Notes under the pieces: model-generated
Told to the model about the DNA's origin: nothing
Seen by the model: only the letters and a program-made list of their open reading frames with translations
Databases searched by the model: none
Translations under genes and position numbers: made by a program
Part shown: piece by piece, positions 11,601-22,619 of the stretch
How positions within the stretch are numbered: the stretch's first letter is position 1
Layout: each line of letters begins with the position of its first letter
NCBI RefSeq assembly: GCF_963921235.1
Contig: NC_086107.1
Location: 86,428,001-86,492,000, forward strand
DNA from: Mobula hypostoma
Lineage: Eukaryota
Reading direction: 5' to 3'
Length of the DNA stretch: 64,000 bases

Positions 11601-14600
11601 TGTTACGTACCCCAGAAGGAGTTAAATAACCAGCGGAAATGGAAAACACCTTGGAGTCTGGTATTGCTGTTAACTAATGCTCGTTTATTAGTAACTACAC
11701 AATACAGTAATATAAATGCAGATATATCAAACAGGTTAGCAATGATTTTATATATATAAGTGTGGAAATATATAAAAGCCAAGCTTCTTCAAGCTTAGGA
11801 GGTAAATGGATACAGCCTTACAATGATTGGTAAATGAAATCAGTTCCGTTCATGGTATTGAATTGAGTAGTGTTGGAAAGAGAGGGAGGTGTCTAGTTCT
11901 TCAGGTGAGCTGATCCCATTGATCTTCCCATTGTCCTCCGAGACTTCCAAGTTAGCCAAACTTGACCAACTTAAGAGCACCATCTTCAAGTGATAGTCTA
12001 CCAACGCAGGCAAAGGTTAGACACTCAGGTAGACTCCACAGGGTCGCTCTTTCACGCACTAATAATCACAGATCAATCCCTCACAATCGCTCCTCAGTCC
12101 CACATTCATGGGTACCTGAACAGGATAGTGGTAACTTCACCACACCTTAGTGCGTCTGCGTATCCTGCGAAACAAGGAATTATACTGGTTTAAATACTGT
12201 TGTGCTGAACACCAGCTGTCCATCAAGTAGCTCCTTCCTTCTCTCTCTGTGTAGGAATTCAGAAGCTGGCAGCCCTTGCAGAAATCCCAAACAAACCGTG
12301 AGCAGTCTTTGCCCCTCTCTCTCTCTCTCTCTCTCTCTCAATAACAAGTTGTTTGTGCTGTACAGTTGCATGCTCTCTCTCTTATTTTAAAAGCACAGTC
12401 CATAATGAATAACTCCGGATATCGTCACAGTTCCCTCCTTTTGTGAAAAATTTTGATCAAAGAGCAGAATTTTTGGTTTAAAAGTAGATTACAAAGTTTG
12501 AAACAATACATGTATAATTATCAGACAGCAGAGTAATATGTGTACAACTTCTAACTTAACATCTGGATAAACAATCAGCTCTAATGCTGTCAGTACTTTT
12601 CACATGTTTTATTTTCAGGTCGTATTCATGCAAGATCAGACTCCAGTTTAATAAACTTCTACTCTTATCCTTCATCTTAGTTAGAAACACTAATGGATTG
12701 CGATCCGTGTAAATCACCAGTGGTTTCTGGGCACGACAAACAGACTTCAAAATGTTGTAAAGGCAGAATGAGTGATAGCAACTCCTTTTCAACAGTGGAA
12801 TAATTTTTCTGGTGCACGTTATATTTCTTCGAGAAGCTTCATCACTAGCGTCTGTCGCTATAGAGAATGGTTTTGAAAAATCAGGTGCTTTTAGCACAAG
12901 TTGGTAACACAATAGTTTTTAGTCGTTCAAAGGCTTCCTGGCAAAGCTCACTCCATACAAACCTTTCACTCTTCACAAGTAGTTTCGTTAGGGGGAGTGC
13001 GATATCTGCGAAGTTCCTACAAAACTTACAGTAATACCCAACCATTCTTAAAAACCTTCTTAAAGCTTTCTTGCCTGTCAGAATGGGAACCTCAGCAATA
13101 GCTTGAATCTTGGCCTGTACCGGAGCCAGTTGGCCCTGGCCTAATACGTAGCTAAGATAAGTAACAGTAGCATGACCAAACTCACTATTGGCAAGGTTAA
13201 CAGTAAGATTGGCCTTAGAAAGGCTGTCAAGTAGCTTTTCTACAGCCGCAATGTGCTCTTCCCACATGTCATTCCATACAACCAAATCATCATTATAAGC
13301 CCCTGTATTTTCTAAACCTCGCTTTCCAATCATACCAGAACTTCATCTTAATTTGAGAGTTTCGCAAATTCTGCTTTGCAAGGTCACAAGCCTTGTTAAG
13401 CCTATCTCGAAACTCCAAAACATAATCCAGCACACTAACACATACCTTCGGATCAGACCACTGTTCTCTGAGCAAGGTCAAAGATCCTCTGGGCCCGTGA
13501 CGAAAAACAAGCTCAAACGGACTAAACCCTAATGATTCATGAATTGAGTCTCTAACAACAAAGAGAAGTAAGTATATACCTTCATCCCACTCCCTGTTAT
13601 TCTCATAATAGTAGGTTTTAATCGTTGTCTTCAAAGTGGAATGGAACCGTTCCAAGGCTCCTTGGGACTCCGGGTGGCATGTAGATGACACAATTTGTTT
13701 AGCCCCCAGCTCAGAAACTATATGGTGGAATACTCCCGATGTAAAGTTACTGCCCTGGCCGGATTGAATTTCTTTGGGCAAACCAACCATGGTAAGAAAC
13801 TTCATGAGATCCTTCACCACTGTTTTAGCCTAATATTTCGAAGAGGAACTGCCTCGGGGAACCTAGAAGTGGCACACATTTTAGTTAACACATACTGATG
13901 GCCAGCTGCAGTTTTTGGCAGTGGGCCAACACAATTCCCTATGATTCGGGAAAACGGTTCACCAAAAGCAGGTATTAGCCAAAGTGGAGCTTTTGGGATG
14001 GCCTGATTAGGTTTTCCCACCACCTGGCACATATGGCAAATTTTGCAATAATTCACAGTATCCTTCCTCACACTGGGCCAATAAAATTCCCTCATAATCC
14101 TGTGCACTGTCTTCTTTACCCCAAAATGTCACCTAAAGGGTTATTATGGGCTAGGTTTAAAACTTCAGCTCCGTAAACATTTGGGACCACAACTTGGTTC
14201 ACAATAGCCCAATCCTCAATTTCAAGCACAGTGGTTGGTCTCCTCTTCCTCAGTAACACCCCATCTTTAAGGTAGTATCCCACTGACTCTTTCTGAATTT
14301 CATCATCAGAGAGGGATGTCTCCTTTAAAGCCACAACTTCAGAATCTCGCTTCTGTTCGTCTATGAATTCCTTTCTAGATAAGGACAAGCCTTTCTCATC
14401 AGCCTTACTACCCTCTAAGTCCTGTTGGAATAGGGATAGTAGGAAAGTCTCTGATAAATCATCATGAGCATCAGCAGACTTTTTTGACAAGCTTCGAGTT
14501 ACTGCGCGTGCGGGGTGAACATCAGTATCCATGGCTGGGTCTTCAGCAGCAGGCTTGCTCGTTAGCTGCACTGCTGAATAAACATCACCCTGGATAAGCG

Positions 14601-15626
14601 TCAACCTACCCCCAATGTTTACTAAACTCAGCACTATTACCAGACTTACGAAAACCATTTGTATATTGTGAAAATTCCAAACAATCCATTTATTCCATTG
14701 TTACAACCTTCAGCTCAATCCGTCTCCATAGTAACCTCTTCAAATGGCCTCTCAAAACCAAAACAATCCTTTTTCTCCACATCACAATCGTGAAAAGCAA
14801 CTCCACAACTTTGAAGGTGTTTACATCCAAATGTTAAACCAAAATTCAGCAGAGTGGCACATACTTCTTCAGCAGGCTGCTGTCCGGAATGCAGGGTCAA
14901 AGGTCATGAAATCAATCCAAACTTCACAAGTTCTTTATTCAAAAGTCCAGAAACATATTCCTCAATATCTTCAATAATATTTACCTCAGCAATTTTCATC
15001 TCATCACCAACTTTTAGAACACAGTCTAATACAAGTGACTGGGAGAATCCTCAATTTCCACTGGTACCAAGGTTAGCCCCTTGTTCACTGAACCAAGATC
15101 ACCTGACACAAAAGGAATGCATTCCTTGTCAACCGAATCAGACACCTCAGACCCTAACTGAGCTTCAACACAAGGTTCAGTACCCTGTGAATCCACAGGT
15201 ACTTCAACAACCTGAACACAGGCAATTGGGACAGCTGCCTCTTCTAGGCTATCATCACTTGTGCCAGTTTCAAATTCAAGGTTACCCTGAACCTCCCAGC
15301 TACTCTCCAGAAAACTCATCTGGAGTAAACTCAACCTTGTGGGTTAAAACAACTTTGTCTGCTGTCTTAGCAGACCCCCGCAAGGTAGCGGCATCCTCTT
15401 GGTATTCATCTTGGTATTCCCTTACATCATCGGGGACACACTTCTTAACTTCTTCAATCAAGACAAGCTCTTTCGAGCTGCAAATATCATCAGGATCCAA
15501 CACTGGACCTCCCAGCTGCCACATCTCCCTCCCGAACTTTCTCTGTTTTGCTGCCTTCCTAGCCTCGAGTCGTTTTAATTGCAATTCATGCTTCATCCTT
15601 TATTTTGCCATCTAAAGCAAAAACTC

Positions 15627-15842
15627 AGCAACACTCACAACATGCTGGAGGAACTCAGCAGGTCAAGCAGCATCCGTGGAAACAATGAGTCAACACTTCG
15701 GGCTGGAACCCTTTGTCAGGACTCGGGTTCTGGCCTGAAACGTTGACTCATCATTTCCACGGATGCTGCCCGACCTGCTGAGATCCTCCAGCGTGTTGTG
15801 ACTGTGGCTTTGATCCCAGCATCTGCAGATTATTTTGTGTTT
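15627..15842. mobile_element. Palindromic Penelope-derived short element inserted in the Gypsy gag
   Basis: ~85-bp inverted arms (TGCTGGAGGAACTCAGCAGG...CCTGCTGAGATCCTCCAGC) with a hammerhead-like core. Confidence 0.7.
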
Positions 15843-16396
15843 ATGTAATGCAAAAGCTCAGCCTTGGTAGGTTTACCTTCTGCGAACATTTTCAACACAT
15901 CCTCAGTAAATTGCTTCTTCGAAATATAATATTCAACTATTTTTCTTTGAATTTCTACCTTAGTCATACCTTTCTTGACCTCCTTAAGTTCGAGTTCCTC
16001 AACAATTTTCCACAACTCATCCTTTCTAGCTCTCTTCAAAACCACAGGGTCTGGCCCTGCCAGAAAATCCTGATCATCCATGTCTGCCGTTTTTCCACGT
16101 GACCAAATCAAAAGGGATTTTCCCCAATCATTTCAAATAAGCCCCGAACAATTTGTTCAAATCCCAGACGCAGGCTGCAATTTTTGTTACATACCCTGTA
16201 ACGGGTTAAAGAATGAGCATAAATGGAAAACACCTTGGATATCAAACAGATTAGCAATGATTTTATATATATATAAGTGTGGAAATATGTAAAAGCCAAG
16301 CTTCTTCAAGCTTAGGAGGTAAATGGATACAGCCTTACAATGATTGGTAAATGAAATCAGTTCTGTTTGTGGTGTTGAGTTGAGCTGAGTTGAGTT

Positions 16397-16409
16397 AGAG
16401 AGTGTGAGA

Positions 16410-16459
<50 letters not shown>
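16397..16459 (+). repeat. (GA)n microsatellite inside the 5' LTR
   Basis: Direct inspection. It is short in the 3' LTR counterpart at ~11880. Confidence 0.95.
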
Positions 16460-16461
<2 letters not shown>

Positions 16462-17289
16462 TCTAGTTCTTCAGGTGAGCTGATGCCAATCTTCCCGTTG
16501 TCCTCCGAGACTTCCAAGTTAACCAAACTTGACCAACTTAAGAGCAACGTCTTCAAGTGATAGTCCACCAACCCAGGCAAAGGTTAGACAGACACACGGG
16601 TAGACTCCACAGTGTCGCTCTTTCATGCACTAATAATTACAGATTGATCCCTCAAAATTGATCCTCAGTCCCACACTCGTGGGCACCTGAACAGGATAGT
16701 GGTAACTTCTGCGTGTCCTGCAAAACACAAAATTATACTGGTTTAAATACTGTTGTGCTGAACACCAGTGTCCATCAAGTAGCTCCTCCCTTCTCTCTGT
16801 AGGAACTCAGAAGCTGGCAGTGTCCTTGCTGAAATCCCAGACAAACTGTGAGCAGCCTTTTCCTCTCTGTCTCTCTCAATAATAAGCTGTTTGTGCTGTA
16901 CAACTGCATGCTCTCTCTCTCTCTCTTTGAAAGCACAGTCCATAATGAATAACTCCGGGAGAAGAATAACAGGGAGAAGACGGGAGAATGGTGTCAATAA
17001 GGATGCCAAATCAGCCATGATGGATTGGCAGAACAGGCTCAATGGGCTGAATGGCCTAATTCTGCTCCTGTATCTTATAGTCTTGTGGTTATTCACACAA
17101 TTGTCACTGATCCCAGCTCCTGTACCTGTTCCTCTAACCGCCAGTTCCTCAATTCTTTAAATATTTATCTATCTCTGCCTGACATATACCCAGACATGAG
17201 GCCTCCCCACCCACAGGGGTAGAGAATCCCAGAGACTGTACACTCAGACATAGAATTCCAGAAATTTCCACACGTCTCCGTTTGAAATG

Positions 17290-17558
17290 AGTGGCCCCTA
17301 TTTAGCAGCTCAGAATGTGGGGGAAGGGGTACACTCACTGATCCCACCTACCGACCACACCAGTCACCTCACACTGAGGAGAGAGTGATCACATGCTCTG
17401 ATTGTGGAAAGGTGCTCACTCTGTTACGCACCCTACATGCACACCAGTCAGTTCACACCGAGGAGAGACCATTCACCTGCCCAGACTGCCCGAACCGATT
17501 CACTCTGTCATCCAACCTTGTGACACACAAGCAAGCTCGCACTGGGGAAAATGTTTAA
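17290..17558 (+). pseudogene. C2H2 (Kruppel-type) zinc-finger gene 3' fragment
   Basis: Frame 17358-17558 reads HQSPHTEERVITCSDCGKVLTLLRTLHAHQSVHTEERPFTCPDCPNRFTLSSNLVTHKQARTGENV*. An upstream finger is frameshifted and there is no start codon. Confidence 0.85.
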
Positions 17559-18009
17559 ATAAGCTGCATGCTGAATCCAGAGGCAAGTTCACAATTGACT
17601 GTTGGTGTCGAACTCTGCAATTATTGCTGCTGCTTACCACATCCAGTTCTGCACCCTGGTCACTGGGACTGGGAGGTGCTTCTACTAAAGTTCACCTGTA
17701 ATGGGACTGGAGTTTAATGTTCTGGATCTCTGACACATAAATCAGTTCTATTTCAAACTCTGTCTCAGGTACCTAGTGAATTTACAGCACACACACCTTG
17801 TGTGCAGTCCGGAGAATATATATATATATATAAATCGGCCGAGCTGGTCCTTGCCACCGTTTCTGTTTCACAACAGCCCTTTTGAATCCATCCCTGCTGT
17901 TCCCCCCTCGCTCTCTGTGGTGGGTTCCAAACAGACACCATTCTGTGGGTGAAGTGGTTTCTCCTCAATTTTCTGCATGTGGAAGACAGGAGCAATATGC
18001 CTAAAATTC

Positions 18010-18305
18010 GAGAGTGTCAGGGAGCAGACGTGCGTGCAATTGCTATTACTAGGGAGAAGATACTTCGGAAACTGAAAGAGGAGAAGGTAGACAGGGCCAG
18101 CTGGCATGAGTAATGATCTTTCAGGAGTCAATGGATTTTGCCATGGTTCTGGAGGACTGGAAAATCGCAAATATCACTCCACTCTTCAAGAATGGAGAGA
18201 GGAAGAAAGGAAATTATAGGCCGGTTAGTTTGACCTCAGTTGTTGAGCATCGATTGTTAAGGACGTGGTTTCGGGATATTTGGAGACTCATGACTAAATA
18301 GGCCA
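18010..18305 (+). mobile_element. CR1 ORF2 fragment
   Basis: EDWKIANITPLFK...GNYRPVSLTS. Confidence 0.85.
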
Positions 18306-18309
18306 GGGT

Positions 18310-18490
18310 GGGTGGTATCGGGCCTTGAGCACCCGATACATGAAGGGTCTGCAGGTGAAATTCCGATTCACTGCTGACGAGCCCAGTAAGCCAATCAGAG
18401 AGCTGCCTTATTCACCAATGAACAGAGAGCAGAAAGGAAAGCGCCGAAAGTAACCGCCAGTTCTCCCGAGATTTGAAAAGCCCGCCGAAA
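18310..18490 (-). promoter_or_regulatory. Orphan histone-type promoter (E2F/CHR, two CCAAT, H4 site II-like motif)
   Basis: 18391-18487 aligns to the reverse complement of the H2A promoter at 50789-50895. Minus strand TCAAGGCCCGATAC at 18315-18328. Confidence 0.6.
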
Positions 18491-19056
18491 GTTATTTATT
18501 GATCTGTAGTCTGGAAAAGTATGCATTGAATCACTAATTCGGTGAAGACTTATTTTACTTAGCAATTGGAATGTTTCTAGTTATTGAGTTTCGAAAATTC
18601 GACCCACAGTTTATATTGGCGGTGGGTCCGTGTATACCGGTCTCTTCTCAAACTGCGGGCGAAGGCGAGGTTCCAACGAGACTATTTTCCTTCTGTGAAA
18701 AAACCGGAATTCCAACATCTGCAGACTCGTATCCCCATGAAACTATCATGGACTTGGTCAGAAATGGGACTGGTTACCAAATGGAAGAACTGCAATTATT
18801 AAAACCCATTCTCCAGCCCCAAATACCTGGAACACTTGCGCACAATAACCATGGTTGGGGTGTGGGACAGGGACACACGAACAGTTATGACTCCTGTTAA
18901 CCCAGCGACACCCAACTACTGATTCTCTGTTTTGAGTGTGGTCGGCCGTGTTAGAAGGGTTAGTGAGCAGCTGTAATGTCTTATTGAAGAAAACTCCCAC
19001 AGGGAAAGGACAGAAGGGAATGGCGTGATTAACAAAAGGGCAGTGAACAGGAATTG

Positions 19057-19098
19057 ACAGCCCTTTTCTCTGCCGGATTAGTGGCTCTGAAAAGAGCC
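19057..19098 (-). terminator. Histone 3' stem-loop and HDE of H3 copy 2
   Basis: GGCTCTTTTCAGAGCC at 19083-19098. Confidence 0.95.
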
Positions 19099-19127
19099 TT
19101 TTGTTGTGCTTGGTGCCGAGGTCGGGT

Positions 19128-19544
<417 letters not shown>

Positions 19545-19608
19545 TCAGCAGTGCGATTACAGCCTGAAATATCAGGATTGAAGTGTCAGAGCAGACGCTG
19601 GGTCTGGC

Positions 19609-19858
19609 TTTTAAAGAGTTGATGAAGGGCCGCCCATCTCCCCTTCTGATTGGTTGGAATGGAGATGTCCATCATAGGGTCCCAACGGTGCGATTGGATG
19701 CCTTTGCTTAATTAGTTTGAAGCTGGCCGACGGGGTGGGGGGGGCGTGGGGGTGAAATTATTACTTGTTACCAAATATGGAAACTGGTGACTGAGGGTCA
19801 GAATTCCACCAATCTGGCTGCAGATTGGATCCCCGGTCAATTTCAAATCGCCCGCCAA
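19609..19858 (-). promoter_or_regulatory. H3 copy 2 promoter with CDE/CHR-like element
   Basis: TTTTAAAA, two GATTGG, and TTGGCGGGCGATTTGAA at 19842-19858. Confidence 0.75.
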
Positions 19859-20957
19859 TTTCTAAAGCAGCCGGAGCTAGTTTCTTACAATGAATAGAAA
19901 TCATGAATTATCAAATATTACTTTCATTTAAAGAATCGTTTTCTTTCAATTCGCTGAAACGAATGTTTGCATATTCAGCGAATAGCTTCTCGAGGTGAGT
20001 GCATTCGCTTCTGCCGGAAACAGGACAGGCAGAGGATTGAGATCAATTATATTTATTGCGTTTACTGAAGAGTTTTTGGAGAAAACAAAGCCGCAAAAGG
20101 ATTGCATGAGCCCACACTGAACTGAAGTATTTATAGAAACATATAAATAATTGCAAACAAATAATTACATTCTTTATCTCGTCTCGCACCAAGTCCCTGC
20201 AAACTGATGCGACCTGACCTGCCGGAGAGAGACAGAGTCGGAGTTATAGAGCAGAGAGAAGCCCCTCATCTTCCAGCTCCGTCCCAACCGCGAATTTCCA
20301 ACGCTTAATCCCAACATACAATGGAAATTCAGCGCTCCGCACAATCCTTCAGATGCGCGATTTCTTTATTGAATCAGAATCGGGTTTAATATCACCGGCA
20401 TATATCGTGAGATTTATTAACTTAACGGGCAGCAGTACAATGCAATATAGGAAATGATAATATAGGAAAAGTAAATAAATACTTACAGTAAGTATAGATA
20501 TGTATATTAAATAGTTAAAGTACAAATAGTACAAAGACAGTCATAGCATGCCATCGGGTAATTTCTGTATGTTTCATCCCTCTCCAGTCCATTCCCAGAG
20601 GCCGATCCCTCTCCCTAAATCTCTCCTCACAGATAGTTCAGCAGTTTATTCATATTAACCATGAATTAGGGAACTTCTCTGGTGGGCTTTGAGCTGTGAG
20701 ACAGGGATTCTCCGCCAGTGTTCCCATCTCCCGACATCAAATGAGAAAGAAACGGCCTTTGAACGGAGACTGAAGCGGAACACATCCGTGTCCGACTGAG
20801 TCTCGGTCCGACCATCCGATACTGTATTTTATTTCAGATAGTAGGGAAGGGACGGTATCGCCGAATGTCAGCGGGGCACCGGGGATCCCGGGTTTTCTGA
20901 AAGTAGTTGGTACTGACATCTAAACCGACCAGGATCTGGAATCGCGCGATTCTGGAT

Positions 20958-20998
20958 CAGCTCTTATCTGGGAGATGTGGGTGGCTCTTAAAAGAGCC
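20958..20998 (-). terminator. Histone 3' stem-loop and HDE of H1 copy 2
   Basis: GGCTCTTTTAAGAGCC at 20983-20998. Confidence 0.95.
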
Positions 20999-21022
20999 TT
21001 TGGTTTCGGGTCTTTACTGTAT

Positions 21023-21643
21023 TTACTTTTTGGCCGCTGTCTTGGCTTTCACAGATTTTGCCTTCGGCTTGGGTTTTGCCGACTTCTTGGCCACCTTGGG
21101 GGCTGCGACTTTCTTCGGACTCTTGGGCTTCTGCGCGGTCTTCTTGGTCGCTGTTTTCTTAGCTGCCGCTTTTTTAACCGCAGTTTTCTTAACCCCCTTG
21201 GTCTTGGCGGGAGATTTCTTGGCACCCGTTTTCCTGGCCACAGATTTCTTGGTCACTGCCTTCTTGGTCTTAGGTGCCTTGGTCGCTGGTTTCTTCGCTT
21301 TTTTCACGACTTTCCCGGTATGTTCTTTTTTAGCGGCTCTCAAGGAGCCGGAGGCACCTGCGCCCTTAGTGTGAACCAGGGTGCCTTTATCCAATTTTCT
21401 TTTAATGGTCAACCTGATCTGACCTTTCAGCTTTTGTACATCGACGCCGCTGCTGGCCAAACTCTTCTTTATCGCGGCTACGGACACCCCTCGCTGACTG
21501 CGGCAATCGGCCACAATCTTGTCGATTTGATCGCCCAGTTTGGGACCGGCTGACTTTGTCCGGACGGCGGCCTTCTTCTTCTTGGCAGCCTTGGGTGTGG
21601 TGGCGGGTGCCGCTGGTGGAGCCACTTCTGCGGTCTCGGTCAT
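21023..21643 (-). CDS. H1: Linker histone H1, 206 aa
   Basis: MTETAEVAP start at 21643. Paralog of copy 1 with several substitutions and a 1-aa deletion. Confidence 0.96.
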   Translation of the reverse strand: MTETAEVAPPAAPATTPKAAKKKKAAVRTKSAGPKLGDQIDKIVADCRSQRGVSVAAIKKSLASSGVDVQKLKGQIRLTIKRKLDKGTLVHTKGAGASGSLRAAKKEHTGKVVKKAKKPATKAPKTKKAVTKKSVARKTGAKKSPAKTKGVKKTAVKKAAAKKTATKKTAQKPKSPKKVAAPKVAKKSAKPKPKAKSVKAKTAAKK

Positions 21644-21718
21644 CGTCGGAAACTGCACAAACTCTCTCGAACTCTGTAGTGAGTGAGAAATGAAGCGAGA
21701 GGCGGCGGTGCTGAGCAA

Positions 21719-21790
21719 TTTAAAGGCAGCGAGCGGACGGGGCGGAGACATCCTGCAGTCAGCTCCCGGCCGCTCCGTCTCTCTGTGTTT
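21719..21790 (-). promoter_or_regulatory. H1 copy 2 promoter
   Basis: TTTAAA, GC box, and AAACACA at 21784-21790. Confidence 0.75.
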
Positions 21791-22619
21791 CTCTCTCCCG
21801 AAAAACTCTCCGATTCCGATTAAAATAGGACATCCCCAAGACCCAGACCGCTCTCTGTCTGTGCCCGAGGCCGGATTCCCTGCTGTAAAGAAAGTTTGGT
21901 CCGAATTAAATGCAGCAGTTTCTATATCAACCCGTTTCACTGCTGCACTGACCTCATTCTTCCCCGGGATCGCGACATTTTCTCTGTTTTCCGACTGAAA
22001 TATTGAAATCAACTAAAAAATCGCGGTTAATTCCCACTTCAGGACTGAGCTGGGGAGCTGTACTATCCCGGAGCAGGCAAATTGTTTTATTTTCTCTCGG
22101 TGGGGATGAAAAATCCAGCGATGTGTCCGGACTCACAAACACAGTGATACCAGTCTAAGCCGTCAGGCCTCTTAGCACACTCTCCCTGACACACCGTTCA
22201 GATCTGTACATTCACAGCACCAACTGTTGGCCCGGTGCACCGTTCCCAGCGCAGGTTTTCCTCTCCGCTCGACCTGCTCTCCGGATTATCGCGTGTTATT
22301 TGTAGATTCCCAGCTCAGTAACACCCCGAGGCCGGCGCTCCTCACTGCCCCTAAACCTTGGGTTAGGGTTGGATTCATCTCCTCTTTACGTGGGCTACAT
22401 TTTCGGCTCAAACAGGAGACCAAGGCCGTTATGGTCTCCAGCTGTTTGATCAGCAATCTTGGATATAATTGACCTGCCTACTTTTCTGTTCAATTCCTCA
22501 GTTAATCTCCCAAATCTGTTCTAGTTCCTTGAAGAGGTAACCCAGAGATTTGATGAGGGTATCACAGCCACATCGTATTATATCATCACAAGAAAAGCAT
22601 CAATGAAACATAAATTAGA

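Larger units (their letters stand above)
11601..16960 (-). mobile_element. Decayed Gmr1-like Ty3/Gypsy LTR retrotransposon (gag-INT-RT-RNaseH order)
   Basis: LTRs at 11601-12429 and ~16185-16960. PPT AAAAGGAGGGAAC next to 12429 and a degenerate tRNA-Pro PBS next to 16185. Integrase remnants at 13293-14200 lie upstream of RT (AYNDD, 12881-13333) and RNase H (TDAS, 12556-12912). Inserted in a CR1 3' end. Confidence 0.9.

Noticed and set aside
20800-20825. GGTCCG motif resembling H4 site II
   Set aside because: It is an isolated hexamer without the CCAAT/E2F module or a TATA box, and it is deleted in copy 1.
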